Below, piece by piece: positions 10,763-20,128 of a DNA stretch of 35,997 bases (positions are counted from its first letter, which is position 1; each line of letters starts with the position of its first letter). A program made the position numbers and the translations under genes. The DNA comes from a virus. The notes below the pieces were generated by a model. It was not told where the DNA came from. It was given only the letters and a program-made list of their open reading frames with translations, and made no database searches. The DNA lies in the UHGV virus genome UHGV-0350163, one strand, 5' to 3'.

Positions 10763-11133
10763 CCTTCCACCTTCCTGAGTGCAGCCATTTTGATATCAAT
10801 TTTCGCTTCATTATCGACGGTGTATTTCTCACCCACTTCGGTTGTGAAGCAGTCCAGATAAGAGGTGCGTTTGCCGCTGTTACTGAGCGGGTACAGCGAG
10901 ATTTTCACACCTTCCAGATTTTCCCAGTCCGGCTCGTTGGTATCAGGAATAACCGCCGAAACGGACAGTTCGTAGGTGGCAATGCCACGGGCAAAGCCTT
11001 TAGCCCTGCCGGTTTTGTTCATGGTCTTGACCAGCTTTCGCCCGGTGTTGATCTGAACATCAAGGTCGGTGATCTCGATTTCCTGGCTGTCAATTTCCAA
11101 CACAATCGAGCCGATATATTCTTTCAGGGACAT
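10759..11133 (-). CDS. Tail tube protein (Mu M-like)
   Basis: 124 aa ORF immediately after the sheath gene. Confidence 0.75.
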   Translation of the reverse strand: MSLKEYIGSIVLEIDSQEIEITDLDVQINTGRKLVKTMNKTGRAKGFARGIATYELSVSAVIPDTNEPDWENLEGVKISLYPLSNSGKRTSYLDCFTTEVGEKYTVDNEAKIDIKMAALRKVEG

Positions 11134-11145
11134 TTATCAGGCTCC

Positions 11146-12567
11146 TTACAAAATCATGTCGATGCGACCGGCAAACACATGCAGGCCGTTAACCACGTCG
11201 GCAGGGATCGCGCAGTCCAGGCGATTTGCATCTTTCCCGTTTCGCTGAACGCGCAGTTTTGCCTTATTCGCTTCCACATTCTCCAGAATTTCAGACTCCT
11301 CCAGCTTGAGCAGCACGTCATACAGTTCGCTTTCCACTTTTGCGATGGTTCGGGTGCTGAGTTTTTCACGCGGGAAGCGAAGGCTGATACGTTCGCGGCA
11401 CGCCTTGCGGGTGTAGTCCAGTGTTCTGATGGACGTGATATCCAGTAACGAGACATCAGCCACACCCTGAGCGTTCACCGTGTAGGTACTGACCGCACGC
11501 ACAATCTGCACCGTATTACCCGGTCCAACCTCAACCGGTGTCAGGCCGTTATGCAGGGCGCTTTCCTGCTCGTTACGGCTTTCGCGCTGTGACATGGCGA
11601 CCACATCCAGCCCGGACAGCGCCAGCGAGTTCAGCGGGCGTGCCGGGTCTTCTTCGCTCGCCATTACTGCGCCGTAGATGGCGGCCAGCACAGCAGGAAG
11701 CATCACAGAACCACGATACCAGGGGACAGACACGCGCCCGCTGTTCACACCGGCTGCCAGGGTGATCCCGTTTCCCAGACTACCTGTCCAGCCCGCACAA
11801 CCAATCGCGCCACGCTGTTCCATCGCGTTCCCGGTTTTCTCCAGGTGCTGCTTCAGGGCGGCAAGGGCTGGCGTGGTACTGAACGGACAAATCAGAATGT
11901 TGTGACCGGCAGCAAAGACCGCATCAAGTGCGGGCTGAATATCCGGGTCCATTTCGCCGCTCGCCATCGGCGTGGTAGCCACTACAAGGCCGGTTGCAGT
12001 GGTGGATACCGACAGGGTGATATCATTCCCCCAGGTACCTTTGGTCCGGGCGGTCACTGTCAGTTGAGAGGTGTCAGATTTGTATTCCCCCGTGACCAGA
12101 AGCGATGGCGTCTGCGTCATTGCCGTCACCAGTGCCGGAATGATTTTCGACGGTTCATCCCCGACGTCCACATTAATGGCGATCTGCTCGCCAGCAATCC
12201 ATACCGACAGCGTACCGCTGCTGGTTGCAGTGCCGGTGACTTTAACTGCGCCTGTTGCTGCTTTTCCTGCACCACCGTCTGCAATACCGATAACATCCAG
12301 TTGCAGATAGCTGTTGGCGTTAATGGCCGCGCGCGCCATTGCTGCGGCCAGTGAACCGGCCCCGAAATACAAATCCGCTTCGTCTTCGGAATACACAGAA
12401 ACCGCATTCAGGGGGGTGGCGGTGCCATCAGGCAGCATCGGGCCAATCACCAGAACACGCTGTTCGTTACCCGGCAACGTGTTAACGGCCAGCCGGGTAT
12501 TAAACTCAAAATGCACACCGGGCTTACGGATACTGCCCGAAATGGTGTCAAACTGAATTTCACTCAT
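11146..12567 (-). CDS. Contractile tail sheath protein (Mu L-like)
   Basis: 473 aa ORF with typical sheath size and position. Confidence 0.85.
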   Translation of the reverse strand: MSEIQFDTISGSIRKPGVHFEFNTRLAVNTLPGNEQRVLVIGPMLPDGTATPLNAVSVYSEDEADLYFGAGSLAAAMARAAINANSYLQLDVIGIADGGAGKAATGAVKVTGTATSSGTLSVWIAGEQIAINVDVGDEPSKIIPALVTAMTQTPSLLVTGEYKSDTSQLTVTARTKGTWGNDITLSVSTTATGLVVATTPMASGEMDPDIQPALDAVFAAGHNILICPFSTTPALAALKQHLEKTGNAMEQRGAIGCAGWTGSLGNGITLAAGVNSGRVSVPWYRGSVMLPAVLAAIYGAVMASEEDPARPLNSLALSGLDVVAMSQRESRNEQESALHNGLTPVEVGPGNTVQIVRAVSTYTVNAQGVADVSLLDITSIRTLDYTRKACRERISLRFPREKLSTRTIAKVESELYDVLLKLEESEILENVEANKAKLRVQRNGKDANRLDCAIPADVVNGLHVFAGRIDMIL

Positions 12568-12793
12568 CGGAGCCCACCTGTTTCTCTTTCTTCACCTTCG
12601 CTTTTTCTGGTCCGGTGTCCTGTTCTGCCGTTTCAGGCTCTTCAGCCACCAGAATCAGGTCACCATCCTGAACAGCGCGCCGGTAATAAGCGGTGTTTTC
12701 AACGATCACCGCTTCCGTGGTGATGTATTTCCGGGCGTTATCCTCCATCGGGAACTTCATCCCGGGAGCCGCCTTAACCTTCATTTTGTTCAT
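12560..12793 (-). CDS. Small protein, Mu gp38-like
   Basis: 77 aa ORF overlapping the sheath gene start; conserved position in Mu-like phages. Confidence 0.5.
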   Translation of the reverse strand: MNKMKVKAAPGMKFPMEDNARKYITTEAVIVENTAYYRRAVQDGDLILVAEEPETAEQDTGPEKAKVKKEKQVGSDE

Positions 12794-13355
12794 GCTGTTG
12801 CTCTCTTAATTCATCCAGACCACAGATATCTGCGCCGTATTGCGTACCAATTCGCAGTAAATCCGGGTCGGGGTCTGACAGACGGCCGTGGTAACGGTTG
12901 AAAGCCATATCCGCTTCTGCACCGCGCTCCGGCCATTTGCCGTTCTCCAGCGCGTGCTCCACCCAGCGGGTATCAAACTCACAGGCAAACACGGACATTG
13001 CCCGCTCTGCCACGCCGGTGTTAAACAGCGTCCTGACACGCCCGGGTTCGAAATAATCAATCTCCAGCCCCAAATCCTGACCGGTCAGCAGGCGACGGAC
13101 GGATTCAACCAGCAGGTTTGTACCGACCTCATCCCGGACGGTGCCTCCCTGTCTGGCGCTCTGTTCGCTGCGGGTGTTGTAATCACCCACCACAACCACA
13201 AAGCGTCCGGTGGCAATGTATTTCTGGCGTGACGTGGAATAGCGTTCGGTTTTCGCGATGCCGCCGAACGTCACCCAGGCTGCCGGAAGGCTGCGAACAA
13301 TCCGGCCCGGGTCTTCATCCAGTTCACCGGCATAGGTGCGGACTTCCCGCACCAT
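12774..13355 (-). CDS. Mu gp37-like head-tail protein
   Basis: 193 aa ORF in the gp36/gp37 position. Confidence 0.6.
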   Translation of the reverse strand: MVREVRTYAGELDEDPGRIVRSLPAAWVTFGGIAKTERYSTSRQKYIATGRFVVVVGDYNTRSEQSARQGGTVRDEVGTNLLVESVRRLLTGQDLGLEIDYFEPGRVRTLFNTGVAERAMSVFACEFDTRWVEHALENGKWPERGAEADMAFNRYHGRLSDPDPDLLRIGTQYGADICGLDELREQQHEQNEG

Positions 13356-13408
13356 TTTCCCCAGACCACAACGCAGACGTTCAACCAGCGCCCGTTCAAT
13401 TTCAGTAA

Positions 13409-13840
13409 TCAGAATGCACCTCCCCGCGTGGACTCACGCCCGAACTGACGGGAGCCGGAGCGGATACGCACCTGTGACGATGACGGGATCACGCTGCCGG
13501 ACGTATCCCGCCCGAGGTTGATTTGTCCTGCCGCGACTTTCTCCAGAAAGCGGATGGCGTCCCGGTAGCGCATCTGAATTTCTTCTGAGCAGATACGGTA
13601 ATCGGTCGCCAGGTGATAACGGGCGATATCGCAGCAGTAACCCACCAGAATCCCCGGGCTGTCAGGCCACGGGGTCCGGTAACGCCCCACCAGATAGCCA
13701 TCAATCTGGGCACTGGCACGCGCAAGCGCGGAGGCCAGCTTTTCCTCGTTGATAAGCCCGGTCATCTCTTCATCCGTCAGTGTGCACGCCTCGCGTTCAC
13801 TGAACGCCCTGATGAACTGTTCCGGTGTGGCGTAAGACAT
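13409..13840 (-). CDS. Mu gp36-like protein
   Basis: 143 aa ORF directly after the small coiled-coil gene. Confidence 0.6.
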   Translation of the reverse strand: MSYATPEQFIRAFSEREACTLTDEEMTGLINEEKLASALARASAQIDGYLVGRYRTPWPDSPGILVGYCCDIARYHLATDYRICSEEIQMRYRDAIRFLEKVAAGQINLGRDTSGSVIPSSSQVRIRSGSRQFGRESTRGGAF

Positions 13841-13843
13841 GGG

Positions 13844-14185
13844 TTACTTCTCCTTTTTCTCCGCTTTTTGTGTTTTCTGTGCGGCGTTCAGCTGTGCGGT
13901 CAGTTCACTGACTTTCTGGCGTTCTTCTTCCAGCTGCGCCGTCAGTTCGCTGACTTTCTGACGTTCGGCATCCAGCTGTGCGGCCAGTTCATCACCCCGG
14001 ACCGCGTCGTTCTGACCGGACGCTTTATCGCGCTCCACCACAATCAGCATGGGGTCAGCCTTCAGCACCGCCAGCTGTTCCGGGGTGAACGCATCCACAG
14101 GCCATGCCTTCGTGGTTGCGCTGTGTGCCACACCGCAGCGGCGAAAACCCTCGCGGCGGGCGGTAATTTCAATCACCTTTTCCAT
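13844..14185 (-). CDS. Small coiled-coil protein with internal tandem repeat
   Basis: 113 aa; protein repeats ERQKVSELTAQL twice, encoded by a ~42-bp tandem DNA duplication at about 13895-13978. Confidence 0.55.
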   Translation of the reverse strand: MEKVIEITARREGFRRCGVAHSATTKAWPVDAFTPEQLAVLKADPMLIVVERDKASGQNDAVRGDELAAQLDAERQKVSELTAQLEEERQKVSELTAQLNAAQKTQKAEKKEK

Positions 14186-14188
14186 GCA

Positions 14189-15139
14189 TTACTCCGTCGT
14201 ACCATCAGAACCAAATGCCATCTGCCAGAAGCCGTAACCGCCGTTACAGCGCGCTTCGGCACCAAACAGGAACTTCTTACGCTTGAACACGTTGTCGCTG
14301 TTGTAGTCCGTCTGCTCCACAAAAACAGGCTTTTTACGCAGCTGATAAATCAGCGGTTTCACCGGTTTGGTGGTGTCAAACAGGAACCACGCAGAATCCG
14401 ACGCCAGCTCCGGCATCACCAGCACGTCGGCGGTACTGCGGTACGGGTTCGGCGTACCGTCCGGGAACTTCTCGGCGGTCATCAGGTAGTTCGCGTCATC
14501 TTCCAGCGCCGGTGGCACAACCAGCAGATTCGGGCGAATTTTGAGGGATGCGCCTTCGTCATCTTTCAGGCTGCGCATGGCAGTACGGGCGGCACCGTAG
14601 GAGGCTTTCGCCTCGGCAAGCGAGCCAACTTTGAGTTTTTTGGTGCCTTTATTGGACACCGATTTACCGGCGACCAGGTGGTCGGTATCAAAGAACATCT
14701 GGCCGTCGTAACAGGGATTGGTAAAACCGTTACTGATAAGGGACGCCACAATATCTGCCGGGAGTTCTGCCGCCGACTGTCCGGCTCCTTTTGCCTGAAG
14801 GGCATAGCCCATAATCTGGTCGTCCTCGATGTCGTTACGATCGACTTCAACCGTGGCTTCCCAGTCCTTGTTACGGATGGTGTAGTTAAATGCCGCCAGT
14901 GATTTAACGACCTTGTCGCCAATCCACTCGCGCATTTTCGGGAAACGACTTAACCAGCTGTAGTCGTTTTCCTTGCCGTTTGATGGCACTTCCATTGCCA
15001 CCTTCTGCCAGTCAGTTGGCGACTGGTCGAAGGCTTTCTGGAAGGTGGCCTTCAGATTGATAAAAATCTGTTTGACGTTTTTAACGTTGACTAACACGTT
15101 TTGCTCCTTAACTGAAATGAACCCAGACGCCATCGCCAC
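14189..15139 (-). CDS. Major head subunit (Mu T-like)
   Basis: 316 aa ORF following the I protease/scaffold gene. Confidence 0.8.
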   Translation of the reverse strand: MAMASGFISVKEQNVLVNVKNVKQIFINLKATFQKAFDQSPTDWQKVAMEVPSNGKENDYSWLSRFPKMREWIGDKVVKSLAAFNYTIRNKDWEATVEVDRNDIEDDQIMGYALQAKGAGQSAAELPADIVASLISNGFTNPCYDGQMFFDTDHLVAGKSVSNKGTKKLKVGSLAEAKASYGAARTAMRSLKDDEGASLKIRPNLLVVPPALEDDANYLMTAEKFPDGTPNPYRSTADVLVMPELASDSAWFLFDTTKPVKPLIYQLRKKPVFVEQTDYNSDNVFKRKKFLFGAEARCNGGYGFWQMAFGSDGTTE

Positions 15140-15503
15140 AGATGCCGATCACTTTCCCGGCGACAGGACGGGCGCTGCTGTTGTCGGTTTTTGCCACGGT
15201 TACGCTGTCTTCCACGTAGCACAGCTTGCCGACCTGCGATTGTGTGACCGGGTCTGAGGTGCTGTTCACCATCAGAAAATCTTTGCCGCAACGCACCAGA
15301 ACGGTGACATCGCCATCGCTGCCGGTACTGTTATCCGCCCAGCCATCAGACACGCCCAGCGTAATCTGTGAGGCCGTGGCACTGGCCGGAACGGCATAAC
15401 CGGATGCGTTAACGGCCACCATATGACCACCAAAAATTTCGGTCGCAGCGGCAACCGGCACCGGGTTCAGTTCGCCGTCACGGTAGGGGGTATTGCGATC
15501 CAT
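15108..15503 (-). CDS. Hypothetical head-associated protein
   Basis: 131 aa ORF between I and T; overlaps the annotated T start by about 30 nt, so one of the two starts is probably internal. Confidence 0.5.
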   Translation of the reverse strand: MDRNTPYRDGELNPVPVAAATEIFGGHMVAVNASGYAVPASATASQITLGVSDGWADNSTGSDGDVTVLVRCGKDFLMVNSTSDPVTQSQVGKLCYVEDSVTVAKTDNSSARPVAGKVIGICGDGVWVHFS

Positions 15504-16673
15504 TTACTCATCTCCTGCGTAACGGGCGACATCCTCTGGATCGACGCCCATCATTGAACAAATGGCGATATCGACATCGACGTCATCGCCGGTTTTAATC
15601 TGCGCCGGGGCAGGCGACGGCGTTTTGGGGGCTTTGCCGCCGGTCTGTGTCTGACTGAGCGCAACAAGTTTCGGTGCGTTCTCCAGCCAGGACTTAAAGC
15701 CGTTGATATCGCGGCTGGCGTAATCTTTCGCCCAGTCTTCCTGTGCCGGAAGCAGTCGCCCGTCAGACAGCGCCGCCTGAATCAGTGTCCCGGCTTCGGC
15801 CTCACCGGACTGTTGCGCCAGTGCGGCATAACGCCCCTGAAGTTCTTCGAAGGCAGCAAGGGAAATGTGTTTTGACGGGTCATAGGCACTGGCTGACAGG
15901 CTGGCGATTTGCTCATCTTTCTGATTCAGCAGGGCCAGCAGGCTGACGGATGCCGCCGCCGTTCCCTGACCGTTCGAAATCATGTCAACGACCTTTTGCA
16001 GCTCGTTTTTGATATCTTCCGCCGTTGAGGTAACCGGGAGGTTAAGCATCCAGCGCAGACTGGACAGCAAATCGTTTAACAGTTCTTCATCCACTGTTGT
16101 GGTCTCCGTTTCAGTTGACAGACTCGCCAGACGGCTGGCCGCAGCCAGCATGACCGCGTCCATACCGTCCAGCGCCGGGGTATTGGTCAGTGCGGCGTGT
16201 AACAGTTCAATGACTTCGCCGCGCCGGTTGTATCCAAATACCGGGGAAATAAATTTGTACTCACCGGCGGCAATCATGGCCGCCGCGTTCTCCGTCCACT
16301 CCACACCGGTGGCATACAAGCCCGAACCTTCACGCCATTCCACCTGGCTGAACCAGCCCGCCGCCGGGGCGGGCTTGCCGTTGTTTACGGCGCGCAGCGT
16401 CTGATGTTCGTAATCAATGACAAAAGGCGTGGCGCGGGCGGCCACCTGTGCGACAAGCTGCGCGGCCAGTTCGGCAGTCAGCACCCATTTACCGCTTTCG
16501 ACTTCATCGGTATGTGGGCGACCATCCACCGCGCTGAACTCGCCTGCCGGTAACAGCTGGATTTCGCTGTGGGTTGCTTTAGTAATTTCGAGGCTTAACG
16601 CCGCAATTTTCAGTTTCATACGCGGCATGATGACGGAAGGGGAAGCCGGGGTACTGTGGAGGGTGTTCAGCAC
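15504..16673 (-). CDS. Head maturation protease / scaffold (Mu I-like)
   Basis: 389 aa ORF. True start is probably an internal Met (MPRMKLKIAALS, near 16628). Confidence 0.75.
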   Translation of the reverse strand: MLNTLHSTPASPSVIMPRMKLKIAALSLEITKATHSEIQLLPAGEFSAVDGRPHTDEVESGKWVLTAELAAQLVAQVAARATPFVIDYEHQTLRAVNNGKPAPAAGWFSQVEWREGSGLYATGVEWTENAAAMIAAGEYKFISPVFGYNRRGEVIELLHAALTNTPALDGMDAVMLAAASRLASLSTETETTTVDEELLNDLLSSLRWMLNLPVTSTAEDIKNELQKVVDMISNGQGTAAASVSLLALLNQKDEQIASLSASAYDPSKHISLAAFEELQGRYAALAQQSGEAEAGTLIQAALSDGRLLPAQEDWAKDYASRDINGFKSWLENAPKLVALSQTQTGGKAPKTPSPAPAQIKTGDDVDVDIAICSMMGVDPEDVARYAGDE

Positions 16674-16711
16674 CCTGCCATAACGCGAAAGGATAAAAAG
16701 GGAAATAAAAC

Positions 16712-16736
16712 CGTTTTTAAAACCCTTTTAAAAACG
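16712..16736. promoter_or_regulatory. Perfect 11-bp inverted repeat CGTTTTTAAAA-CCC-TTTTAAAAACG upstream of the I gene; candidate late-activator site / late promoter
   Basis: Read directly; lies in the 155-bp G-I intergenic gap where Mu has its C-dependent I promoter (established knowledge for Mu; inference here). Confidence 0.35.
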
Positions 16737-16740
16737 ATTC

Positions 16741-16806
16741 TGACGGCATTTATGGGGCGCGGTGCTGTTATGCCTCATCCGTGAGGCGTTTATGCCGTCA
16801 CAGCCG
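16741..16806 (-). terminator. Nested stem-loops (TGACGGCAT...ATGCCGTCA; GCCTCA-TCCG-TGAGGC) after gene G; candidate terminator of the lysis-to-G transcript
   Basis: Inverted repeats read from sequence; on the minus strand followed by a U-rich stretch (GAAUCGUUUUUAAAAGGGUUUU). Confidence 0.35.
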
Positions 16807-16828
16807 ATTACAGCGCGTTTGTCGCCAT

Positions 16829-17380
16829 TCAGTCAATCACACGCGCAAAATAGCGGTTTGCGGTGTTCTCCAGCTCGTCGATGTCGTCCTGCACGAGCTG
16901 AAGGAAGGGGCGCGCGGGCATGTTGACCGTATATGCCCCGACAGTTGCGCTCTGCACAAAATTACTGTTGCGCTTTTTCACAAAGCGGGTGCTGACGCTG
17001 CCGTTTTTGTACTGTTTAAAATACAGGTTCTGCGTCCGTGCCTGATGGCGGATTTCGCCGCCTTCGTTGTGGATACGGGCATAACGGACGTTTGTCCCGA
17101 CCGTGGCCTCGTTATTGTTAACCGCAGAGCGGATACTGGCAGCCAGTCGCCCGGACTTCTGAAGGATTTGCCCGGGGCCGCGTCGCTTCGCATAAGCCGG
17201 ACTCCAGCCCATCCATTTCGGGCGACCCTGTTGTTCAAAGTTAGTCTCAACCGCATCCAGCATGGAACCCGCAAGTGCCGTCATCAGGTCGTGCCGGTCC
17301 TTCACGGAACGAATCAGTTTCCCCAGCGTGGTGTTATACGCGCTTAAATCAATCTTAATATCCAGTTTACCGTTGCTCAT
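16829..17380 (-). CDS. Virion morphogenesis protein (Mu G-like)
   Basis: 183 aa ORF coupled to the upstream F-like gene. Confidence 0.7.
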   Translation of the reverse strand: MSNGKLDIKIDLSAYNTTLGKLIRSVKDRHDLMTALAGSMLDAVETNFEQQGRPKWMGWSPAYAKRRGPGQILQKSGRLAASIRSAVNNNEATVGTNVRYARIHNEGGEIRHQARTQNLYFKQYKNGSVSTRFVKKRNSNFVQSATVGAYTVNMPARPFLQLVQDDIDELENTANRYFARVID

Positions 17381-18543
17381 GATGCCTCCGGGGTATCCTG
17401 CATAACCCAGTCTGTCAGCGCGTCATCCTCAACTGTCACCACCGACCAGCGGTCGCCCGACTGTAACGCATACCGCCACGCGTTGCCGTCCTGTGTGACA
17501 TGCTCCGCCCGTTCGATGGTCTGCTGCATCAGCACATAGTCGGCGGCGGTCGGGGGTGTGTTTGTTGCACTGAGGCGTTTCATGACGTCAGCCGTAAGGT
17601 TTACCGTCTGCCGTGCAGCGCCCGTGGCAGCGACCTGTTCCGGTGAACGGATGGCCAGCGGATATCGCTGGCGCGCATCCAGTTCGCTGACGTTCGCCAG
17701 TCCCCGGGCAAAATCCGGCCCGGTCAGGGTGCCGGTGACATACTGGCGGGCGCTACGGTAATCATATTTTTCCAGTTCCGGCTGCCATGCCACCCGACCG
17801 GGATTAAATCCGAAGCCCGGGTCGGCGGTATACACGGAGCCATCCGGCATCTTCAGCCCCATCGTTCTGATGGTCTGGCCCGGCTGGTCATATTCCTGTT
17901 CAACCTCAACCAGTCGCCCCTCGCTGCTCTGCACCGTCAGGCCGTATTTCTCCACATCAGACGCCGAACGCGCACGGATACGGCAGCGGCATCCGTATCC
18001 GTCCGGCGCGTAGAAATACTCCCAGACAGGGTCATCCGCCCGGGCGGTAAAACCGTTCAGGGCGGCGTGTTTCGGGCGGGTGTGAAGGTCCATCACCGCC
18101 ACGCGCTCAAAATAAGGCCGGTCAGCCACGTTCGCCATCTGTTGCTGATAACGCCCGGCGTTATATGACGACTGAATGTTGGTATCAAATATCGTGCGCA
18201 ACCGGCGCGGCGTCAGTTGTCTGCCGTGCAGTTCGCCGGTGTCCTCGTCCACAATCAGTTTTTTACCCAGCCAGCCTTTTGATTCCAGCAGTGGTTCCAG
18301 TTGTGCAGCAAACTCCCGGAACGTCCCGCCGTCAGCCAGTGTGGCCGTCAGGCCATCACGGATATCCTTCAGCACATCCAGTTTCAGCACGCCCGCCACA
18401 GTGAACGCCCGGGCGTTGGCGATGTCCTTCACATCGTGCCAGCGGAAGCCGATAACGTATCCCTTGCTTTCGAAATACTTAATCGCTTCTTCCGGCTTCA
18501 GGGTGTACGCATAACCCAGGTCAACATCGTCAGCTGTCGGCAT
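17377..18543 (-). CDS. Head morphogenesis protein (Mu F / gp30-like)
   Basis: 388 aa ORF directly after the portal gene. Confidence 0.8.
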   Translation of the reverse strand: MPTADDVDLGYAYTLKPEEAIKYFESKGYVIGFRWHDVKDIANARAFTVAGVLKLDVLKDIRDGLTATLADGGTFREFAAQLEPLLESKGWLGKKLIVDEDTGELHGRQLTPRRLRTIFDTNIQSSYNAGRYQQQMANVADRPYFERVAVMDLHTRPKHAALNGFTARADDPVWEYFYAPDGYGCRCRIRARSASDVEKYGLTVQSSEGRLVEVEQEYDQPGQTIRTMGLKMPDGSVYTADPGFGFNPGRVAWQPELEKYDYRSARQYVTGTLTGPDFARGLANVSELDARQRYPLAIRSPEQVAATGAARQTVNLTADVMKRLSATNTPPTAADYVLMQQTIERAEHVTQDGNAWRYALQSGDRWSVVTVEDDALTDWVMQDTPEAS

Positions 18544-20125
18544 TCAGTCGCCCCCAGATATCCGCCACAAAGAATGCCTGTGTCAGCAACTGCCGCAGCG
18601 TTTCATCCGGCAGCTCCGGCCACGCTTCCGCCAGTACGTTCATAGCCTCGTCTGCATCCCGGCCTTCCTGTATGGCCTGCACCAGTGGGGCCACCAGTTC
18701 GTTCATCCCCTGCGCGATGGCCTCTGCCGGAAGCTCTGCCCGGTCGATGGCGTTCTGTGCCGGGTCGTCCTCCCCGTTGTCCTGCTGACTGAGTGCGACG
18801 ACATTCAGCCGCTCACGCAACTGGCTGAGGCCCGCCTGCACAGGGAGACGCTGTGCCACCGGCACCAGTACCTCTTCGCCGTCTTTCGGGGTGGGGATAC
18901 CGGTTTTTTTGCGTACCCACGACGCCGGGATATCCTTCATCCCCACATTGTTGAGCAGCACGCTGACGGCTTCCGCCACGCCCTTAATGTCGGCTTCCTG
19001 CTGCACATCAAACACCAGTCGCGGAAGACGGCGTGACGGGATATCCTGCCAGCCGTTGAGACTGGCCATCATCTGTATCAGACTGCTGAACATGCCGGAC
19101 AGCTGGCGTGCATCAGCGGTCAGAATGTCGTGCCGGACCTCGTTATGGACATTACCCAGTGCGTTGGTGGAGGTTTTACCGTCGGCCTGGCTGGTCAGCG
19201 TACTGCCCAGAATCACTTTTGAGGTGGTACGCTCCGCCCATTCCACCATCGACATGAATGCCTCCGGTCCGCCGGATGCGGCTTCCTTGAACTCGATTTC
19301 GTTACCCTGCGGCAGGGCTGCCACCGCTTCATGCCCCAGATTGACCAGCGCCTCAAGAATGTTGTCCCGGTCCGCGTCACTGGTGCCCTGTGCATAGTAC
19401 GCAATGCGCGCTGGAAGACCGTAAATCTCCAGAAATTCCGCCATATCACGCAGCGCGAAGTTTTTAAACAGATACGGCCAGACCAGTACGCGGAACAGGC
19501 CGGATGAACCCAGGAACCCCGACCGGGCGTTGTAACGGTGAACCAGCCAGCCGAACGGCCACAATGCGGAACCGTCCTTACCGTCTTCCCCACGGTTGCC
19601 GTCATCCAGCCGGAGTTCGTCATTGTGTTCCGGCAGAGTTATGAACCAGTTATGCGGGCGCAGCGTCACCGCATCCGGTAACCATGTTTTATCCACGAAC
19701 GCCCAGCTGATTTCCTGACAGCTGAAGCCGTAACCGACACCGCTCATCCCGTTGAGGATGATGTCCTCCATGTCCGGGATGCCGTGCAGCCATTCATCCA
19801 CGGCGGCGGCCAGCTCCTTTTCTGCCTTCGAGGCATTGCGGGGCGGCTCCACCGACCAGTCCAGCGTCAGCAACGCTTTTTTGCGCTTTTCCATCTCGGC
19901 GAACAGATGGCCATCACGTTCTTCCATATCCGCAAACAGCATCGCCTGCGCCGGAAGATAACCGCGTTCGGCTGCTTCCAGAATACGCGGCAGTTTTCTG
20001 ATGTTCAGACCACGGGACGGGTGATCGGGATAGATGCGCAGTCGTTCCGCCACTCTGACCGACTGCGTTGTTTTGAGTGCCTCACGTTTCAGCGGGCGTC
20101 CGTAAATATCAACAAGCTGTGCCAT
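18530..20125 (-). CDS. Portal protein (Mu gp29-like)
   Basis: 531 aa ORF immediately after the large terminase gene. Confidence 0.8.
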   Translation of the reverse strand: MAQLVDIYGRPLKREALKTTQSVRVAERLRIYPDHPSRGLNIRKLPRILEAAERGYLPAQAMLFADMEERDGHLFAEMEKRKKALLTLDWSVEPPRNASKAEKELAAAVDEWLHGIPDMEDIILNGMSGVGYGFSCQEISWAFVDKTWLPDAVTLRPHNWFITLPEHNDELRLDDGNRGEDGKDGSALWPFGWLVHRYNARSGFLGSSGLFRVLVWPYLFKNFALRDMAEFLEIYGLPARIAYYAQGTSDADRDNILEALVNLGHEAVAALPQGNEIEFKEAASGGPEAFMSMVEWAERTTSKVILGSTLTSQADGKTSTNALGNVHNEVRHDILTADARQLSGMFSSLIQMMASLNGWQDIPSRRLPRLVFDVQQEADIKGVAEAVSVLLNNVGMKDIPASWVRKKTGIPTPKDGEEVLVPVAQRLPVQAGLSQLRERLNVVALSQQDNGEDDPAQNAIDRAELPAEAIAQGMNELVAPLVQAIQEGRDADEAMNVLAEAWPELPDETLRQLLTQAFFVADIWGRLNADS

Positions 20126-20128
20126 TAA

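Noticed and set aside
13613-14902. Long plus-strand ORF (429 aa) and other plus-strand ORFs in the track (e.g. 8274..8798, 11845..12354, 20186..20830, 22420..23049)
   Set aside because: They lie antisense to well-supported structural genes, have low-complexity Arg/Gly/His-rich translations and no RBS context; they are typical spurious antisense ORFs in GC-rich coding DNA.
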